From Gemmatimonadota bacterium (GTDB taxonomy: Bacteria > Gemmatimonadota > Gemmatimonadetes > Palauibacterales > Palauibacteraceae), in assembly GCA_963666735.1 (NCBI GenBank), contig OY762926.1, forward strand, positions 640,001-704,000: DNA of 64,000 nucleotides. Direction: 5' to 3'. This document shows positions 61,857 to 64,000 of the stretch, piece after piece; positions within the stretch are counted from its first letter, which is position 1, and every line of letters begins with the position of its first letter. The notes beneath the pieces are model-generated. The model saw only the letters and a program-made list of their open reading frames with translations, ran no database searches and was not told the DNA's origin. Both the position numbers and the translations under genes were made by a program.

Positions 61857-63433
61857 CCGATCCGGCGGGCGAACGGCTCCGGTCCGCAGGCTTGTTCCGA
61901 AGCCGGAAAGGGCGAGCGATGGCGATGCTCGCGGCATTGCACCTTGTCCTTTGCGTAGCGCTGTTCGACCCCAAGATCCATACAGGCGGCGACAGCGCCA
62001 CGTACGTCCTTCTGGCCGAGAGCGTGCTGGAGCGGGGGGACGGCTATGCGCTGTCGATCGAGCCGGGCCCGCCTGACGCCCACACCCACTACCCGCCCGG
62101 CTACCCCGTTCTGCTTGCACCGGCGGTGGCCCTGTTCGGGCGAAATTTTGTGGCGCTGAAGTTCCTGTCGGTGCTGTTTACGGCGGCTACCGTGTTGATC
62201 TTCTGCCTCTACGTTCGGCAACGAGATGAATCCGTTCCGTGGTTCTGCCTCGCTTTGCCGTTCGCGGTGAGCCCAGTGCTCATCGACTACTCCCGCTGGT
62301 TGCTGAGCGAGGCGCCGTTCGTGCTGTTCACGTTGCTGGCCCTCTGGCAGCTAAGGGAGGATGGCGAGGGCGAGCGGGTCGGACGGCCCTTTGTGCTCGG
62401 ACTGCTGGCTTCGGTCGCATGTTTCTACGTGCGTTCCATCGGGGCGCTCCTGCTTGTGGCGGCGTCGCTGTCATACCTGACCCGCGGGGAGTGGCGGCGG
62501 TTTCTGATCTACGGGGCCGCAGGGAGTGGGTTAACGGTCCCGTGGCTCCTGCGCAACCAGTTCGCCGCCGGCAGTGCAAGCCCCTATTTTGAACAGTTCC
62601 GCCAGGTGAGCGTCTACGTGCCGGAAGCCGGATATCTGGACCTGGCGGGGTTCGCGGGCCGCTTTCTCACGAACGTCTGGCTCTACGCGTCACGGGAAAT
62701 GCCGCGAGCGCTGGTGGGCTCCGACAGCACTTGGGCCGCCCATGCCCTGGTCGCCGCCGCAAGTCTGATCCTGTGCGGTCTCGCGCTCGTCGGTATCGTT
62801 CGAGCCTTCCGGCGCCCCACGGCTGCGGAGTTCTACTTCGTCCTTTATTGTCTGGCCATCCTGCTCTTCCAGGAGAGCGTGAGCGACGTGCGCTACCTGT
62901 TGCCGATTCTGCCCCTGGTCCTGATCTACGGGATGGATGCGGCCGCCTGGCTCGCGCGACGCGTGGGCCGCCCGACCCGGCCAGCCGTCGCTCCAATCTC
63001 CGTAGCCGCCGTCCTCGCGACCGTGGCGTTGGTGTCGGCGGCCGCCCGCGCTCCGGCCAACGTCGACATGATGCGCCGCTATTCCGCCGGAGACCGCTAC
63101 GCCGGCTATCACCCGGCATGGAGCACCTTCTTCGAGGCCACGGCCTGGGTCCGGGACAGCACCCCGGCCGACGCCATCGTAACCGTACGCAAACCGCGTC
63201 TCTTCAGCACACTGTCTCACCGCCGCGTGCGGCTGTATCCGTACAGCGATCCCGATTCCGTGCTTCGTGTCGTGCGGTCGACCGATTACGTAGTCGTCGA
63301 TCCGATTCACGGGACGACAGCCCGATACCTCCTCCCGGCGATCCAGCGGGAGCCAGATTCATTCATCGTCGCACATCAAACGCGGGAACCCGTAACGTGG
63401 GTGCTCGGCGTACGGAATCCCGACGATCCGTGA
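61853..63433 (+). CDS. GT-C fold membrane glycosyltransferase (ArnT/PMT-like)
   Basis: GGDSATY..LA, HYPPGYP..LA, LSEAPF, many TM helices, RYLLP, periplasmic C-terminal domain. Confidence 0.8.
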   Translation: MTDPAGERLRSAGLFRSRKGRAMAMLAALHLVLCVALFDPKIHTGGDSATYVLLAESVLERGDGYALSIEPGPPDAHTHYPPGYPVLLAPAVALFGRNFVALKFLSVLFTAATVLIFCLYVRQRDESVPWFCLALPFAVSPVLIDYSRWLLSEAPFVLFTLLALWQLREDGEGERVGRPFVLGLLASVACFYVRSIGALLLVAASLSYLTRGEWRRFLIYGAAGSGLTVPWLLRNQFAAGSASPYFEQFRQVSVYVPEAGYLDLAGFAGRFLTNVWLYASREMPRALVGSDSTWAAHALVAAASLILCGLALVGIVRAFRRPTAAEFYFVLYCLAILLFQESVSDVRYLLPILPLVLIYGMDAAAWLARRVGRPTRPAVAPISVAAVLATVALVSAAARAPANVDMMRRYSAGDRYAGYHPAWSTFFEATAWVRDSTPADAIVTVRKPRLFSTLSHRRVRLYPYSDPDSVLRVVRSTDYVVVDPIHGTTARYLLPAIQREPDSFIVAHQTREPVTWVLGVRNPDDP

Positions 63434-64000
63434 TCCCGAATCATCGTTCGCATATCGTCTGGTGGTTTCTGGGAGCGGCCGCGCTCGTCACGGTGCTCTT
63501 CTACCGCGATTTCATCTTCCACCCGGAGCGGCTCCTCTTCGGGTCGGACATGCTGTTCGAGGGGATCTCGCTGCGGCGGTTCTACGTGGACGAGGTTCTG
63601 GCGGGCCGCGGCGTGCCGCTCTGGGTTCCGCACGTCTACGGAGGCATGCCGTTCGTCGCGATCCTTCCGGGGCCCATCTTCTATCCGTCGACGATCCTCT
63701 ACTTCCTGTTGCCGCTGCACCGGGCCATCGGCTGGACCTTCGTTCTACACACATTTCTGAGCGGGGCGTTCGGCTACTTCCTCGGGCGTTCGTTCCGGCT
63801 CCGGCCGGCCTCCGCCGCAGTCTGCGGAGCCTCCTTCCTCCTGGCCGGCTACGTGACGTCCCACCTGTTCGGAGGACAGGATGGGCGGATGTTCACGATG
63901 ACGCTCATCCCGCTTGCGCTCGGCCTGCTCAACCGCGGGCTGGAGAGGAACGAGTTCCGGTGGTTCGCCGGCCTGGCGTTCGTCATCGCGGCGCAGACGT
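63430..64000 (+). CDS. YfhO-like GT-C membrane protein (3' truncated by window edge)
   Basis: GTGA overlap; frame open to the end: TM helix, GSD, PLWVPHVYGGMPF, FYP, further TM helices. Confidence 0.72.
   Translation, partial: MIPNHRSHIVWWFLGAAALVTVLFYRDFIFHPERLLFGSDMLFEGISLRRFYVDEVLAGRGVPLWVPHVYGGMPFVAILPGPIFYPSTILYFLLPLHRAIGWTFVLHTFLSGAFGYFLGRSFRLRPASAAVCGASFLLAGYVTSHLFGGQDGRMFTMTLIPLALGLLNRGLERNEFRWFAGLAFVIAAQT

Overview
High-GC (roughly 70% by eye) bacterial chromosomal window, densely coding and almost entirely on the + strand. Gene order and protein motifs suggest a Gram-negative member of Gemmatimonadota (inference, not verified). Housekeeping blocks, in order: LMW phosphatase (partial)-aroE-comF-gap-pgk-tpiA-secG; rnhA(-); carA-sppA-HU; aminotransferase(-); moaD-moaE-moaA; dcd; a complete nuoA-N complex I operon (fused nuoCD) with a Rex-like operator; pmm/pgm-sucC-sucD; CBS-ndk-yceD-rpmF-plsX-fabD-fabG-acpP-fabF-purE-ispF-dedA-xerD-nitroreductase-OMP; kdsB-pyrG-kdsA-kdsC-lptC-lptA-like-lptB-rpoN; then a glycosyltransferase/methyltransferase cluster running off the right end. 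Two intact IS elements are present: an IS1182-family element in the CTAG containing the sucD stop codon, and an IS3-family element that splits a Schlafen/AlbA_2 gene. The most interesting items are: (1) an accessory two-gene Schlafen(AlbA_2)+orphan ParA cassette, a candidate defence module inactivated by IS3; (2) periodic D-(S/T)-x arrays in LptC/LptA-like proteins next to a GT2/GT-C cluster, suggesting Bacteroidota-like protein O-glycosylation; (3) an RNase HI with an apparently relocated catalytic glutamate; (4) an unannotated 40-aa exported peptide flanked by RNA hairpins inside the Moco cluster. No rRNA, tRNA or CRISPR array was recognised. All calls come from motif recognition by eye; no database searches were run.
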